A stretch of DNA of 64,000 bases, from the NCBI GenBank assembly GCA_043805995.1, contig JAZDHJ010000059.1, forward strand, positions 71-64,070, given 5' to 3'. The position numbers and the translations under genes were made by a program. Under the pieces are notes generated by a model that did not search any database, was not told the origin of the DNA, and saw only the letters and a program-made list of their open reading frames with translations. This document shows, in pieces, positions 49,735 through 58,907 of this stretch. Source of the stretch: Candidatus Uhrbacteria bacterium. GTDB taxonomy: Bacteria > Patescibacteriota > Patescibacteriia > UBA9934 > GWF2-40-263. Position 1 is the first letter of the stretch; every line of letters starts with the position of its first letter.

Positions 49735-51252
49735 ATGATTGATATAATTCATACTTACGAAGATTTGGAACGGCTCATAAAAAAAAATTATGTGACGCCG
49801 GATTTAACTTTGGTACGCCGAGCTTATGAAATGGCCGAACGGGCTCATAAGGACGAAATTCGCTACACCGGCCACCCTTACATTACCCATCCATTAGCCG
49901 TCGCCTTCAAACTGGCCGAAATGTGTTTCAACCTTAACATGATCGTGGCCGGTCTACTTCACGATACTGTTGAGGACACAGAAATTACTCTTGATGATAT
50001 TAAACGCGAATTTGGTACCGATGTTGCCGACATGGTTGACGGGGTTACCAAACTCAAAAAAATTAAATATCAAGGCGTCGAACGTTACGTAGAAAACATG
50101 CGCCGCATGTTTATGGCTATGGCTTCCGACGTTCGCGTGGTTTTTATAAAATTTGCCGATCGCTTGCACAACCTACAAACTTTATACGCTCGCCCTGGCC
50201 ACAAACAGGAACGCATTGCCAGAGAAACTTTGGAAATCTATGCACCAATTGCCAACCGTTTAGGTATGGGCGAAATGAAAGGCGAAATGGAAGACTTATC
50301 CTTCAAATATCTTCAACCAAAAGAATACGATTGGGTCCAACAAATCATGGACACCAAGGTGAGAGAAAAAGGCGTTCAAATAACCCGCATCATGGACACG
50401 GCCGATGGAGTTTTACGAGCCGCTGGCATTACCCCGATTCAAATTCACGGTCGGGTTAAACGCCTCTTCAGTCTTTTTCACAAACTTCAACGTTACGGGA
50501 ACGACATTAATAAAATTCACGACCTGGTAGCGGTTCGGGTTGTCCTTTCTGATGTCGAAGATTGCTACGCCGCCCTTGGAGTCATTCACCAAAAATGGCA
50601 CCCGGTACCTAATCGCATCAAAGATTACATTGCTCAACCAAAACCCAACGGTTACCAATCTTTACACACCACAGTTTTTTGCGAAGGCGGTGAAACCGCG
50701 GAGTTTCAAATTCGCACTGAAGAAATGCACGAACTAGCCGAATACGGTGTGTCGGCTCACTGGCGGTACAAGGAAACTGGTCGCACACCACCAAAAAGTC
50801 TGCGCTGGATGGAGGAGCTGGTGACCATTCAAAAAGAATTGGCCAACAAAAAAGATTTCATGGAACAAATGGAAGTCTTAAAAATCGACGTCTTCCGCGA
50901 TCGCATTTTCGTTTTCACACCTCAGGGCGATGTCATCGATTTGCCAGAAGGCGCCACGCCGGTTGATTTCGCCTTCATGGTGCATTCCGATGTCGGTAAC
51001 AAATGCGTGGCCGCCCGCGTCAACGAACAAATGGTCAACCTAGACTCACCACTCAAATCAAACGATGTGGTGGAAATAATAATCGACAAAAATCGTCGTG
51101 GTCCTAATCCTGACTGGCTAAAATTTGTTAAAACCCACCACGCCCGCGAACACATTCGCGAAGCGGCGAGGCGTGGCATGAAAAGTTGGCTAAATTTTAT
51201 GATGCCTAAACCGGGGTTTGGGGGAAAGAAAAAGGAGAAGGGGAAGAAGTAG
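49735..51252 (+). CDS. rel: Short bifunctional (p)ppGpp synthetase/hydrolase Rel (HD + synthetase + TGS domains, no ACT)
   Basis: HD motif GLLHDTVEDT; RelA/SpoT synthetase core; TGS motif IFVFTPQGDVIDLPEGATPVDFAF. Confidence 0.85.
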   Translation: MIDIIHTYEDLERLIKKNYVTPDLTLVRRAYEMAERAHKDEIRYTGHPYITHPLAVAFKLAEMCFNLNMIVAGLLHDTVEDTEITLDDIKREFGTDVADMVDGVTKLKKIKYQGVERYVENMRRMFMAMASDVRVVFIKFADRLHNLQTLYARPGHKQERIARETLEIYAPIANRLGMGEMKGEMEDLSFKYLQPKEYDWVQQIMDTKVREKGVQITRIMDTADGVLRAAGITPIQIHGRVKRLFSLFHKLQRYGNDINKIHDLVAVRVVLSDVEDCYAALGVIHQKWHPVPNRIKDYIAQPKPNGYQSLHTTVFCEGGETAEFQIRTEEMHELAEYGVSAHWRYKETGRTPPKSLRWMEELVTIQKELANKKDFMEQMEVLKIDVFRDRIFVFTPQGDVIDLPEGATPVDFAFMVHSDVGNKCVAARVNEQMVNLDSPLKSNDVVEIIIDKNRRGPNPDWLKFVKTHHAREHIREAARRGMKSWLNFMMPKPGFGGKKKEKGKK

Positions 51253-51312
51253 TGGAGTTAAGGGCCTTGAAGGGCACTAAAGGAATTAAAATGTTTTTAA
51301 ATTCCTCCGCAA

Positions 51313-51355
51313 AAAATACCACGCAAGGGCCGATCGGCCCTTGCGTGGTATTTTT
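51313..51355. terminator. Strong bidirectional terminator between rel and parB
   Basis: Perfect palindrome AAAATACCACGCAAGGGCC-GATC-GGCCCTTGCGTGGTATTTT with T-runs on both strands. Confidence 0.8.
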
Positions 51356-51366
51356 AATTTCAAATT

Positions 51367-52236
51367 TTAAACCTCCGACAACCTCGCCAATAACTCTACC
51401 AAATCATCCTTCGAGTAAAAATGCAGAGTAATAACTCCTTTGCCGCCGCGTTCCTTAATTTCCACTTTTGTTCCAAGAATTTCCTGCAGTTTCTTTTCAT
51501 GGGCCACCAAATTTGGATCGACGTGGCGACCGACTGAAACTTTTGGTCGATGAATTGAAACGGCCGCCTCTGCTTCACGAACTGTAATCTTGCCAGTCAG
51601 CATCGCTTCAAATAGTTCGTGTTGTTTTTTAGGATCAGTTTCAGCCAGTAAAGTTCTGGCATGACTTTTTGTAATTTTCCCATCGCGGAGTCCATCCTGA
51701 ATTTCTTCTGGTAATTCAAGCAGACGCAAGGTATTAGCCACAACCGAACGACTCTTCCCTACTTGTTTGGCGGCTTCTTCCTGGGTAAAGCTGAGTTCAT
51801 CCATTAGGGTGCGATAGGCCAAAGCCTCCTCGAGCGGATTCAAATCGGCCCGTTGCAAGTTTTCAATTAAAGCCCATTCCAACTTCTGTTGTTTGGTAGC
51901 GTCACGAACAATTACAGGTACAGTTTTTTGACCCAAAGATTTTGAAGCCCGCCAGCGTCGCTCACCAGCAATCAACTCAAATTTATTATCGGCTTCACAT
52001 TTACTAACAATGAGTGGTTGAAGAATTCCATGCTCTCTGATTGAACTAACTAAGTCCTCCAAATCAGCCTCGGAAAAATAATGACGAGGTTGATGCGGAT
52101 TTGGCGTAATGTCCTCGACGGGAATTTGCAAAACTTCCTGATGACCAATAACCGAAGTCACGACCTGAGAAACTTTTTTGGTGGGAATCAGTGAGCCGAG
52201 CCCGCGACCGAGTACTGGTTTCATGTTGGTGTTCAT
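51367..52236 (-). CDS. parB: Chromosome partitioning protein ParB/Spo0J
   Basis: ParB box LIAGERRWRAS and HTH region. Confidence 0.9.
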   Translation of the reverse strand: MNTNMKPVLGRGLGSLIPTKKVSQVVTSVIGHQEVLQIPVEDITPNPHQPRHYFSEADLEDLVSSIREHGILQPLIVSKCEADNKFELIAGERRWRASKSLGQKTVPVIVRDATKQQKLEWALIENLQRADLNPLEEALAYRTLMDELSFTQEEAAKQVGKSRSVVANTLRLLELPEEIQDGLRDGKITKSHARTLLAETDPKKQHELFEAMLTGKITVREAEAAVSIHRPKVSVGRHVDPNLVAHEKKLQEILGTKVEIKERGGKGVITLHFYSKDDLVELLARLSEV

Positions 52237-52242
52237 ATTTGG

Positions 52243-52350
52243 AGTGTTGGAGTGTTGGAGTCGTGGAGTCGTGGAGTGAAAGAAGCTCTTATTCTAATAA
52301 ATAATCTTCCATAACTCCAAGACTCCACGACTTTAAATACTCCATGACTT
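52243..52350. repeat. Tandem GGAGT(G/C)(G/T)T octamer repeats with an inverted partner (ACTCCACGACTT)
   Basis: GGAGTGTTGGAGTGTTGGAGTCGTGGAGTCGTGGAGTG ... ACTCCAAGACTCCACGACTT; related to the CCACCACTC array at 57874-57932. Confidence 0.55.
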
Positions 52351-52356
52351 TACAAT

Positions 52357-53130
52357 TTACAAATCTCCATTTTCCCTCAATAAAAATTCATGAGCCAAGC
52401 GTTCATAAGCTTTAGCCGCTTTAGAGGCTGGATCGTAATGAAGAATGGTTTTACCAAAAGATGGTGCCTCGGATAATCTAACACTGCGAGGAATGACCGA
52501 ACGGAAAATATTATTAGGAAAATATTTATAAAGTTCCTCCAAAACTTCCTTGGATAATTTCAGCCGCGAATCGTACATGGTGATAACCGCACCCATGACT
52601 TTAAGATCAGGGTTGAGTTGCTCGCGAATAAGATCGACGGTACCCAAAAGTTGTCCGAGTCCTTCGAGAGCGTAATATTCGGCCTGAACAGGAATTAGGA
52701 CTGAATCAGAAGCGGTTAAACCATTGATCGTAAGTAAACCAAGTGATGGTGGATTATCAATAAGTACGTAATCAAAATCATTTCGGATTTCCAGCAGACC
52801 TTTTCGCAAACGATGTTCGCGTTCCTCTACCCCGACCAGCTCAACAGCTGCCCCAGCCAAAGCTTGAGTGGCCGGAATAATTTTTAGACCAGCGTGATCG
52901 GTTGGCATAATCAAATCCCGCATACGATGCGAACCAATCATACCTTCGTAAATTCCCGCCGGAATATTTCGGTAGTCAATTCCGAGACCAGAAGTGGCAT
53001 TGGCTTGCGGATCAAGATCGACTAATAAAACAAACTTACCCAAATGAGTTAGGTAAGCGGCCAAACTTAAAGACGTGGTAGTTTTCCCCACCCCACCTTT
53101 TTGATTCACAATCGAAACCACGTGAGCCAT
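52357..53130 (-). CDS. parA: Chromosome partitioning ATPase ParA/Soj
   Basis: Deviant Walker A VNQKGGVGKTTT. Confidence 0.95.
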   Translation of the reverse strand: MAHVVSIVNQKGGVGKTTTSLSLAAYLTHLGKFVLLVDLDPQANATSGLGIDYRNIPAGIYEGMIGSHRMRDLIMPTDHAGLKIIPATQALAGAAVELVGVEEREHRLRKGLLEIRNDFDYVLIDNPPSLGLLTINGLTASDSVLIPVQAEYYALEGLGQLLGTVDLIREQLNPDLKVMGAVITMYDSRLKLSKEVLEELYKYFPNNIFRSVIPRSVRLSEAPSFGKTILHYDPASKAAKAYERLAHEFLLRENGDL

Positions 53131-53159
53131 AAGCGGTTGTATTATAGCATATCGGTTGT

Positions 53160-53240
53160 TGGGGTTTAAGGGGTTGAAGGGGCATAAGGGGTTGAAGGGA
53201 AATTTTACCGTAGGGGCGAGAGGCCTCTCGCCCTATATTG
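53160..53240. repeat. G-rich GGGGTTTAAGGGGTTGAAGGGG ... GGGCGAGAGGCCTCTCGCCC repeat
   Basis: Same family as 10170-10384. Confidence 0.5.
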
Positions 53241-53297
53241 AAGATTATTTTTTCATTTTACAAAACAAAAACACCTGACGATAAAGTCGGGTGTTTT

Positions 53298-53374
53298 TGG
53301 TTGCGGGGGTCGGATTTGAACCGACGACCTTCTGGTTATGAGCCAGACGAGCTGCCAGGCTGCTCTACCCCGCG
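53298..53374 (-). tRNA. Initiator tRNA-fMet (anticodon CAT)
   Basis: Reverse complement CGCGGGGTAGAGCAGCCTGGCAGCTCGTCTGGCTCATAACCAGAAGGTCGTCGGTTCAAATCCGACCCCCGCAACCA; C1:A72 mismatch; near-identical to the E. coli initiator. Confidence 0.9.
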
Positions 53375-53427
53375 ATGTTTTATTTCTGGGCTAAGAATAC
53401 TTCTTTTTTCTTGGCCTGTCAACGATT

Positions 53428-53504
53428 TGGTAGCGGGAGCCGGAATCGAACCGGCGACCTAAGGCTTATGAGTCCTTCGCTCTAACCGACTGAGCTATCC
53501 CGCC
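53428..53504 (-). tRNA. Elongator tRNA with CAT anticodon (Met or lysidine-Ile)
   Basis: Reverse complement GGCGGGATAGCTCAGTCGGTTAGAGCGAAGGACTCATAAGCCTTAGGTCGCCGGTTCGATTCCGGCTCCCGCTACCA. Confidence 0.85.
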
Positions 53505-53600
53505 ATTTTTGCGAGGTCGGTTCAATTACCGACTGCTTGCCCTTCCGTAGCTCGCCACGAGCGTAGGAGGGAGCTATCCCGCCATGTCTTTAAAACGGGT
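53505..53600. repeat. CCTTCGC-family repeat plus a 14-nt duplication of the 5' end of the adjacent tRNA (GAGCTATCCCGCCA)
   Basis: CTTCCGTAGCTCGCCACGAGCGTAGGAGG followed by GAGCTATCCCGCCATG, which duplicates tRNA positions 1-14. Confidence 0.55.
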
Positions 53601-53656
53601 AAATAATACCAAACTCTTGAACTTCTGACAAGGTTTTGATAACATATCCTCACCGA

Positions 53657-53758
53657 TATTTTAAATGGGCGAGTGGCGGAACCCTCCTTCGCTAGGGCTT
53701 CGGAAGGGCAAGCTGGTATAGGTGATTAACCGCCACTAAAATTTAAAAACAACAAAAT
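53657..53758. repeat. 16-nt duplication of the tRNA-Leu 5' end (GGGCGAGTGGCGGAAC) followed by a CCTTCGC-family unit and scrambled tRNA-like fragments
   Basis: GGGCGAGTGGCGGAAC|CCTCCTTCGCTAGGGCTTCGGAAGGG...CTGGTATA...AACCGCCACT, then the intact tRNA. Confidence 0.55.
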
Positions 53759-53845
53759 GGGCGAGTGGCGGAACTGGTATACGCGCAGGACTCAAAATCC
53801 TGTGTTCGCAAGAGCATGAGAGTTCGATTCTCTCCTCGCCCACCA
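53759..53845 (+). tRNA. tRNA-Leu (anticodon CAA), long variable arm, encoded CCA
   Basis: GGGCGAGTGGCGGAACTGGTATACGCGCAGGACTCAAAATCCTGTGTTCGCAAGAGCATGAGAGTTCGATTCTCTCCTCGCCCACCA. Confidence 0.9.
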
Positions 53846-54000
53846 CCCTTCGCTCTGTGGCAGAGCTTCGGGTGGCAGGCCACCCTATTTGGCGAAGGGT
53901 GTCCCCCATAGCTCGACGCGAGCAGCTTGTCCTTCCGACCGTGTCCTCCCGTAGCTCGCCACGAGCGAAGGAGGAAGCCCGGCGAAGGAGGACGGGGGAC
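53846..54000. repeat. Cluster of CCTTCGC...GCGAAGG palindromic units starting at the first base after the tRNA-Leu CCA
   Basis: CCCTTCGCTCTGTGGCAGAGCTTCGGGTGGCAGGCCACCCTATTTGGCGAAGGG; CCCGTAGCTCGCCACGAGCGAAGGAGG. Confidence 0.55.
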
Positions 54001-54121
54001 GCAAAACATGGAAGCAAGTGGCCGGCCGAAAATAAAATAACCATTTAATTGGTTGTTTTTGTTTTATCCACTTAATCTTCCCAAAAGGACAAAAAAATGC
54101 TATTCTATATCCAGTTAAACT

Positions 54122-54586
54122 ATGACACTAACAGCCCACGCGGCCATGGGAGCAGTTATTGGTGAAGCCATTGGCAATCCCCTTCTGGGTTTTGTCCTGG
54201 CGATCATTATTCATTTTCTGGTTGATATAATTCCCCACGGCGACACTTTCATTTCCAATAACTACCGAATTCTAAAACGCCGGCGTAAACAAGCTTTAGC
54301 TTACGTCACCGTCGACGCCATCTGTGCTATTCTCTTCATCTTGTTCATCGTCAACATCCGCGACGTGGCGCTTATTCGACCAATCAGCTTAGGTATACTT
54401 GGTTCGGTTCTACCAGATCTTTTAGTCGGCCTTTACGACATTACCAAATCCAAATATCTCCGCTGGCTTTTCAAACTGCATTTTTACTTTCACGATTTGA
54501 TTATTAAAAAACGTGGCGATGTGCCTCTCAAGTATGCACTGGCCGCTCAAGCAGTTCTAGTTCTTCTATTGCAAGCAAGATTATAA
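54122..54586 (+). CDS. Hypothetical integral membrane protein, possibly a YdjM/DUF457-like metal-dependent hydrolase
   Basis: Four TM helices; HFLVDIIPHGD motif. Confidence 0.35.
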   Translation: MTLTAHAAMGAVIGEAIGNPLLGFVLAIIIHFLVDIIPHGDTFISNNYRILKRRRKQALAYVTVDAICAILFILFIVNIRDVALIRPISLGILGSVLPDLLVGLYDITKSKYLRWLFKLHFYFHDLIIKKRGDVPLKYALAAQAVLVLLLQARL

Positions 54587-54610
54587 AAAAAATTATTAAC
54601 CTAAAAATTT

Positions 54611-55396
54611 ATGTTTAAAGGAATTTTTGGAGGAAATGAAAGCGGACAACATCAAGTACTGGTAGAGTCACATGAAAAACCGAGCGCGTCATCAGACGAA
54701 ACAAGGCGATTATTCGATGAAATGAGACAATTAGAAAAGCTAGGTCAGCCAACGGACATGACTGGAGCCGAACTAATAGGAAGAATTCGAATGGTTGTAG
54801 AAAAAGACCTTGAGGCAACAAAACGATCCAATCAAGACTATGTAGATCGCGGTAGCGTTTCCGAAGTTAATAACAACTCTATTTTAATGTTAGAAAATCG
54901 CTTAGCGGTTTTGGATGAAGTCGCGAAAGACACGGCGTTTGCTACAAAACAAATCAGAGTTCAACCGTCGGCTTTTACAGATTTAACTGGCCCTCTTTTT
55001 CGTAGCGGAGAGATGGAAATTAGACCTGATAATTATTTGAGTGAATTAATTCGTAAAACAAAAAGTCCAGAAGAAGAAAGAAAGGATTATGAAAATTCTT
55101 CATCTCACCGTATTAAGAAAGAGGTAAGTCGAGTAGTGACTGCTGCAGAAAGAATTTTGTATCCAGATCATGAGACTATGCCTGTCGAAATTTATGGCGT
55201 CTTAGGCCAAGCCGAAGAAATAGCGCTTGCTAGAATCATAAAAAAACTAAAACCAAAAGGCGGAGTTATACCTAACGAAAATCGTTTTCGGTATGATGAT
55301 TATGCTATAGAAAAAGACCAACAGGTTCTTGATGACAACGACATAAAAGACATTGCTTCGTTTATGCACGATGCCATGACCAGGGCCAAAATATAA
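54611..55396 (+). CDS. Hypothetical protein (261 aa)
   Basis: ORF followed by a strong terminator. Confidence 0.45.
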   Translation: MFKGIFGGNESGQHQVLVESHEKPSASSDETRRLFDEMRQLEKLGQPTDMTGAELIGRIRMVVEKDLEATKRSNQDYVDRGSVSEVNNNSILMLENRLAVLDEVAKDTAFATKQIRVQPSAFTDLTGPLFRSGEMEIRPDNYLSELIRKTKSPEEERKDYENSSSHRIKKEVSRVVTAAERILYPDHETMPVEIYGVLGQAEEIALARIIKKLKPKGGVIPNENRFRYDDYAIEKDQQVLDDNDIKDIASFMHDAMTRAKI

Positions 55397-55411
55397 TAAA
55401 TTACAATCCAT

Positions 55412-55445
55412 AAAAATTCGCCGGCTTCAACCGGCGAATTTTTAT
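55412..55445. terminator. Bidirectional rho-independent terminator
   Basis: AAAAATTCGCCGG-CTTCAA-CCGGCGAATTTTT, perfect 13-bp stem. Confidence 0.8.
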
Positions 55446-56575
55446 TTTTCCTTTAAGACCAACAAAATTTTCTCGATAGTTTTTTTCCAAGTAAATTTTT
55501 CCGACCATTGTTTCCCTCTTTCAATGTAATCTTTTCTTGTCTCCAAGTCTGCCATCTCTTTCATTGCCAGGGCCAATTCTTCTGGATCTGTACCAGAGAC
55601 ATATCGGGCCGCCGAACCACAAGCTTCGGGTAGCGAGCCGACAGCGGTTGTAATAATCGGCGTGCCAATTTTCATAGCTTCGAGTGGTGGCAGGCCAAAA
55701 CCTTCGTACAGTGAAGGAAAAACCAAAGCTTCCGCGCCAGCCAGCAAAGCCAGTTTTTCCTCTTGAGAAACATAGCCGAGTTCGTTGATTATTTTCTTAC
55801 TCTGATTCACCCGCTTAATTTCCTCAACCGTCGCCTGCCACTTCCACCCCCGTTTTCCGACGATTACCAACCGAAACTCCACCCCACCCTCACACAGAAT
55901 TTTTGCGGCTTTAACCGCCATAAAAAAATTCTTTCGTGGCTCGATCGTGCCAAGGCACAAAAAATAACGACCAAGCAGATCAAATTTTTGGCGGAGCTCA
56001 TCGGTCAAAACTGGAATAATTTTTGGAATTGAAACCGCTGGATGAACGACGAAAATTTTTTCTTCTTTTATTTTGAAGTGACGAATCAGATCTTTTTTCG
56101 TCGCCTCAGAGATAGTGATAATTTTCTTGGCTCGAAAAAAACTGAGTGGTACGACAATTTTCGTCGAGAACCAACGAACGAAACCATTGTCAGGAAACCA
56201 CTCCGGGTGATCGTAAATTGCCAAATCATGAACTACAACAACCGCTCGACCAATAAAACCGAGTGGTAGTTGTCCGGCTGGCGCAAAAAATAAATCGCTT
56301 TTGTTTTTTAAAATTAGGTAAGAGAAAATGAAATGATTGAGAAAAAAAATACTTCGAAAACGAGGTACTAAAATAATCTTCACGTCTGATCGCAGGGATT
56401 GGAGTGCTTGAATTATTTCCAGTGAAACATCCGGTCGAAAAAACAAAACAATTTGCCAATCGGTTGGCGCAAATTCCAAAAAACCTCGCGTCACGCCATC
56501 GACGTAGTGTGGAATGCCGGCGTAAGAACCGCGCGCCGGCGAGAGAATTTCACGACAGTCGATAGCGAGGTACAT
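55442..56575 (-). CDS. Glycosyltransferase family 4 (GT1-type, GT-B fold)
   Basis: EGFGLPPLEAM motif; start set at MYLAIDCRE, since the track ORF begins at a TTG. Confidence 0.8.
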   Translation of the reverse strand: MYLAIDCREILSPARGSYAGIPHYVDGVTRGFLEFAPTDWQIVLFFRPDVSLEIIQALQSLRSDVKIILVPRFRSIFFLNHFIFSYLILKNKSDLFFAPAGQLPLGFIGRAVVVVHDLAIYDHPEWFPDNGFVRWFSTKIVVPLSFFRAKKIITISEATKKDLIRHFKIKEEKIFVVHPAVSIPKIIPVLTDELRQKFDLLGRYFLCLGTIEPRKNFFMAVKAAKILCEGGVEFRLVIVGKRGWKWQATVEEIKRVNQSKKIINELGYVSQEEKLALLAGAEALVFPSLYEGFGLPPLEAMKIGTPIITTAVGSLPEACGSAARYVSGTDPEELALAMKEMADLETRKDYIERGKQWSEKFTWKKTIEKILLVLKEK

Positions 56576-56598
56576 ACAAATAAAAAAAGATAAAAAAA

Positions 56599-57363
56599 TT
56601 ATCTTTTTTTCGAAACAAAAATTTTCATCGGCCAATTTAAACAATACAATCCGCCGTGTTTTTCAATACCAAGAATTTCTTCGGCACCCTTTAAACATTC
56701 CTCCGGCGTGGTTTTGGTCATGGCGTGCAATTTATACAAAAAAATTCCGATATCTTTTTTGTTCTTAAATTTCCATTTCAAAGGCAAATTATAAAACTTT
56801 GGCTTTTCAAAACCAGCGTTAAAACAAAGCGTCTCGACATACTCTTTGCTCCAAAAAGCCACTTCATGCCCAGTGAGACAATATTTTGCCACCTTATCAT
56901 CAAAATGTTTGGCTAAACTTGATCCGGAAAATACATCGGCAATTACTATTCGACCGCCATTTTTCAGAATTCTGCCCATGTTTTCGAAAGATTTACTTTT
57001 TTGAAACATGTGGTGCATGGCGCCAAAAGACCAAATGGCCTCAACCTTATCTTTTTCCAAATTAACTGTCTCGGAACCGAACTGAACAAAATTAATCACG
57101 TCGATATTTTTCTTTCCGAGTTTTTTAATTTCTGCCAATTGATCGAGCGACGGATCAGAAACTATTAATCTTCCACTGGCTCCAAGTAAATCAGAAATAT
57201 GTTTGGAAAAAAATCCACTGCCGGCGCCGATTTCCAAAATCCTTTCGCCTGGCTTTGGCGCCAAATATTTTTTCATAACCAAAACATCCTCGTCTCTGGC
57301 TTGAGAGAATTCTTTCAAACACTCCTTATATAATTTTGCTCTGAGACCATTAAATTCTGCCAT
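56599..57363 (-). CDS. Class I SAM-dependent methyltransferase
   Basis: ILEIGAGSGFFSKHI motif I; start set at MAEFNG. Confidence 0.75.
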   Translation of the reverse strand: MAEFNGLRAKLYKECLKEFSQARDEDVLVMKKYLAPKPGERILEIGAGSGFFSKHISDLLGASGRLIVSDPSLDQLAEIKKLGKKNIDVINFVQFGSETVNLEKDKVEAIWSFGAMHHMFQKSKSFENMGRILKNGGRIVIADVFSGSSLAKHFDDKVAKYCLTGHEVAFWSKEYVETLCFNAGFEKPKFYNLPLKWKFKNKKDIGIFLYKLHAMTKTTPEECLKGAEEILGIEKHGGLYCLNWPMKIFVSKKR

Positions 57364-57379
57364 ATTTATTTTTAAATCC

Positions 57380-57856
57380 TTAAACCATCCACCCCAAAAA
57401 TCCCAAAGCACCCTGAACAATCAAAGTTACAATAATTCCCGCCACCACCACCCCGGCGATCACGGCTGGAAAAGAATATTTTGGTTGAATTTTTAAAATC
57501 GTCGCTAGGGCGGCACCGGTCCAAGCACCGGTCATTGGTAACGGAATGGCCACAAAAATTGCAAGCGCCAGGGCACCGTACTTGTCATAAGAATCCTGAA
57601 ACTTAGCGCGTTTTTTTTCGAGCGCAAGGGTCAGATGTTTATGCAACCAAGGAATTCTTTTTTCCAGCCAAACCATAACTTTTGGCAACAGATAAAAAAT
57701 TACCGGAATCGGTAAAGAATTTCCAATCACCGAATAAAAAAAGGCTGACCAAGGCGCCAAATGCAAAACCGAAACCCCAAAAGGAATCGAACCACGAAGC
57801 TCAGTCAAAGGTAAAGCCGCCGAAAGCAAAGTCCAAATTTCCGGAGAAATAATCAT
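57380..57856 (-). CDS. Small membrane protein (COG2426 / small multidrug export-like)
   Basis: ELRGSIPFG motif, four TM helices. Confidence 0.4.
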   Translation of the reverse strand: MIISPEIWTLLSAALPLTELRGSIPFGVSVLHLAPWSAFFYSVIGNSLPIPVIFYLLPKVMVWLEKRIPWLHKHLTLALEKKRAKFQDSYDKYGALALAIFVAIPLPMTGAWTGAALATILKIQPKYSFPAVIAGVVVAGIIVTLIVQGALGFLGWMV

Positions 57857-57873
57857 ATCTTTTTAAAGTTAAA

Positions 57874-57932
57874 CCACCACTCCACCACTCCACCACTCCA
57901 CCACTCCACCACTCCACCACTCCATCACTCCA
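57874..57932. repeat. Tandem 9-bp repeat CCACCACTC, about 6.5 copies
   Basis: CCACCACTCCACCACTCCACCACTCCACCACTCCACCACTCCATCACTCCATCACT; located between the dac stop and the upstream membrane-protein start. Confidence 0.8.
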
Positions 57933-58907
57933 TCACTTCCACTCAAACGTCTGATACGCCCAAACCGCCAAAGCCTTAACATCTTTTAAACGGCCTTGAA
58001 CCGAGTCAGAACCAAGAACCACGACAAAAATATCCTTACTGCCGTCTTTTTCCATTTGCACTCCAAGACAATAGCCGGCTTCTGGCAGATAACCGGTTTT
58101 GCCGCCGACGATTTTGTATGGATCTTGGTTAATAAAACCAGTTAAAAGTTCATTGGTGTTTTCCAGTTGATAAGAATTTCCGTCGGTGTCAGTAATGGTC
58201 GCTGTCGCTTGTTCGGTCGCAAAACGGATGTCGTCATTTTTTAAAGCCGTGCGGATAAGAGCCACCAAATCTGGAGCCGTTGAACGATTGTTTGGCGAGA
58301 GGCCGGTGGGATCAACAAAAGTTGTTGAGACCATACTAATCTCTGCGGCTTTTTCGTTCATTCTAGCCACAAAATCGCTTTCAGAAAAACCAGATAAACG
58401 AGCCAGGGCGGCGGTAGCTGAATTATCCGAAGAAACCAAACTAGCCAAGAGCAAATCTTTTATAGTCACCAATCGACCAGTCGGTACATGTTGTTTCCCG
58501 CCTTCACGAAGATCGCTTGATGCCAAAAAAGTTTGCGTGTTCAAATCAGGATTACCAGATAAAAAAACCAAAGCTGTCATTAGTTTAGTCATGCTACCAA
58601 TCGAGCGAGCTTCGTCGGTATTCTTTTCGAAAAGAATCGCTCCACTCGCCGCATCGGCCACCAAAGCCGTGGTGGCGGCCGTTACAACTCCCAAACTCTC
58701 GGGGCGAATTTTTTTTGGCACTCTGGCCACGTCGTTGGCTAATGGCAAAGCCGGGTACAAAGTTCTCATCACTTCTTCGATATTCACTCTGGAACTAAAA
58801 CCCGCTTGCGGCAATTTGGCATAAGACTCGATAACTCCGGCATCAACCGGAAAAACCTGCACCAAACTGGCGGCTAAAATTATTTCAATTAACGTTTTGT
58901 AAATCAT
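57933..58907 (-). CDS. dacA: D-alanyl-D-alanine carboxypeptidase (S11 family, PBP5/6-like)
   Basis: SxxK motif SMTK and SxN motif SSDN; signal peptide. Confidence 0.8.
   Translation of the reverse strand: MIYKTLIEIILAASLVQVFPVDAGVIESYAKLPQAGFSSRVNIEEVMRTLYPALPLANDVARVPKKIRPESLGVVTAATTALVADAASGAILFEKNTDEARSIGSMTKLMTALVFLSGNPDLNTQTFLASSDLREGGKQHVPTGRLVTIKDLLLASLVSSDNSATAALARLSGFSESDFVARMNEKAAEISMVSTTFVDPTGLSPNNRSTAPDLVALIRTALKNDDIRFATEQATATITDTDGNSYQLENTNELLTGFINQDPYKIVGGKTGYLPEAGYCLGVQMEKDGSKDIFVVVLGSDSVQGRLKDVKALAVWAYQTFEWK

Noticed and set aside
53505-54000. Possible CRISPR array suggested by the dense short repeats around the tRNA cluster
   Set aside because: The repeat units are palindromic, of variable length and orientation, and not separated by uniform-length unique spacers. 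No cas genes are present. A dispersed REP/MITE-like family fits better.
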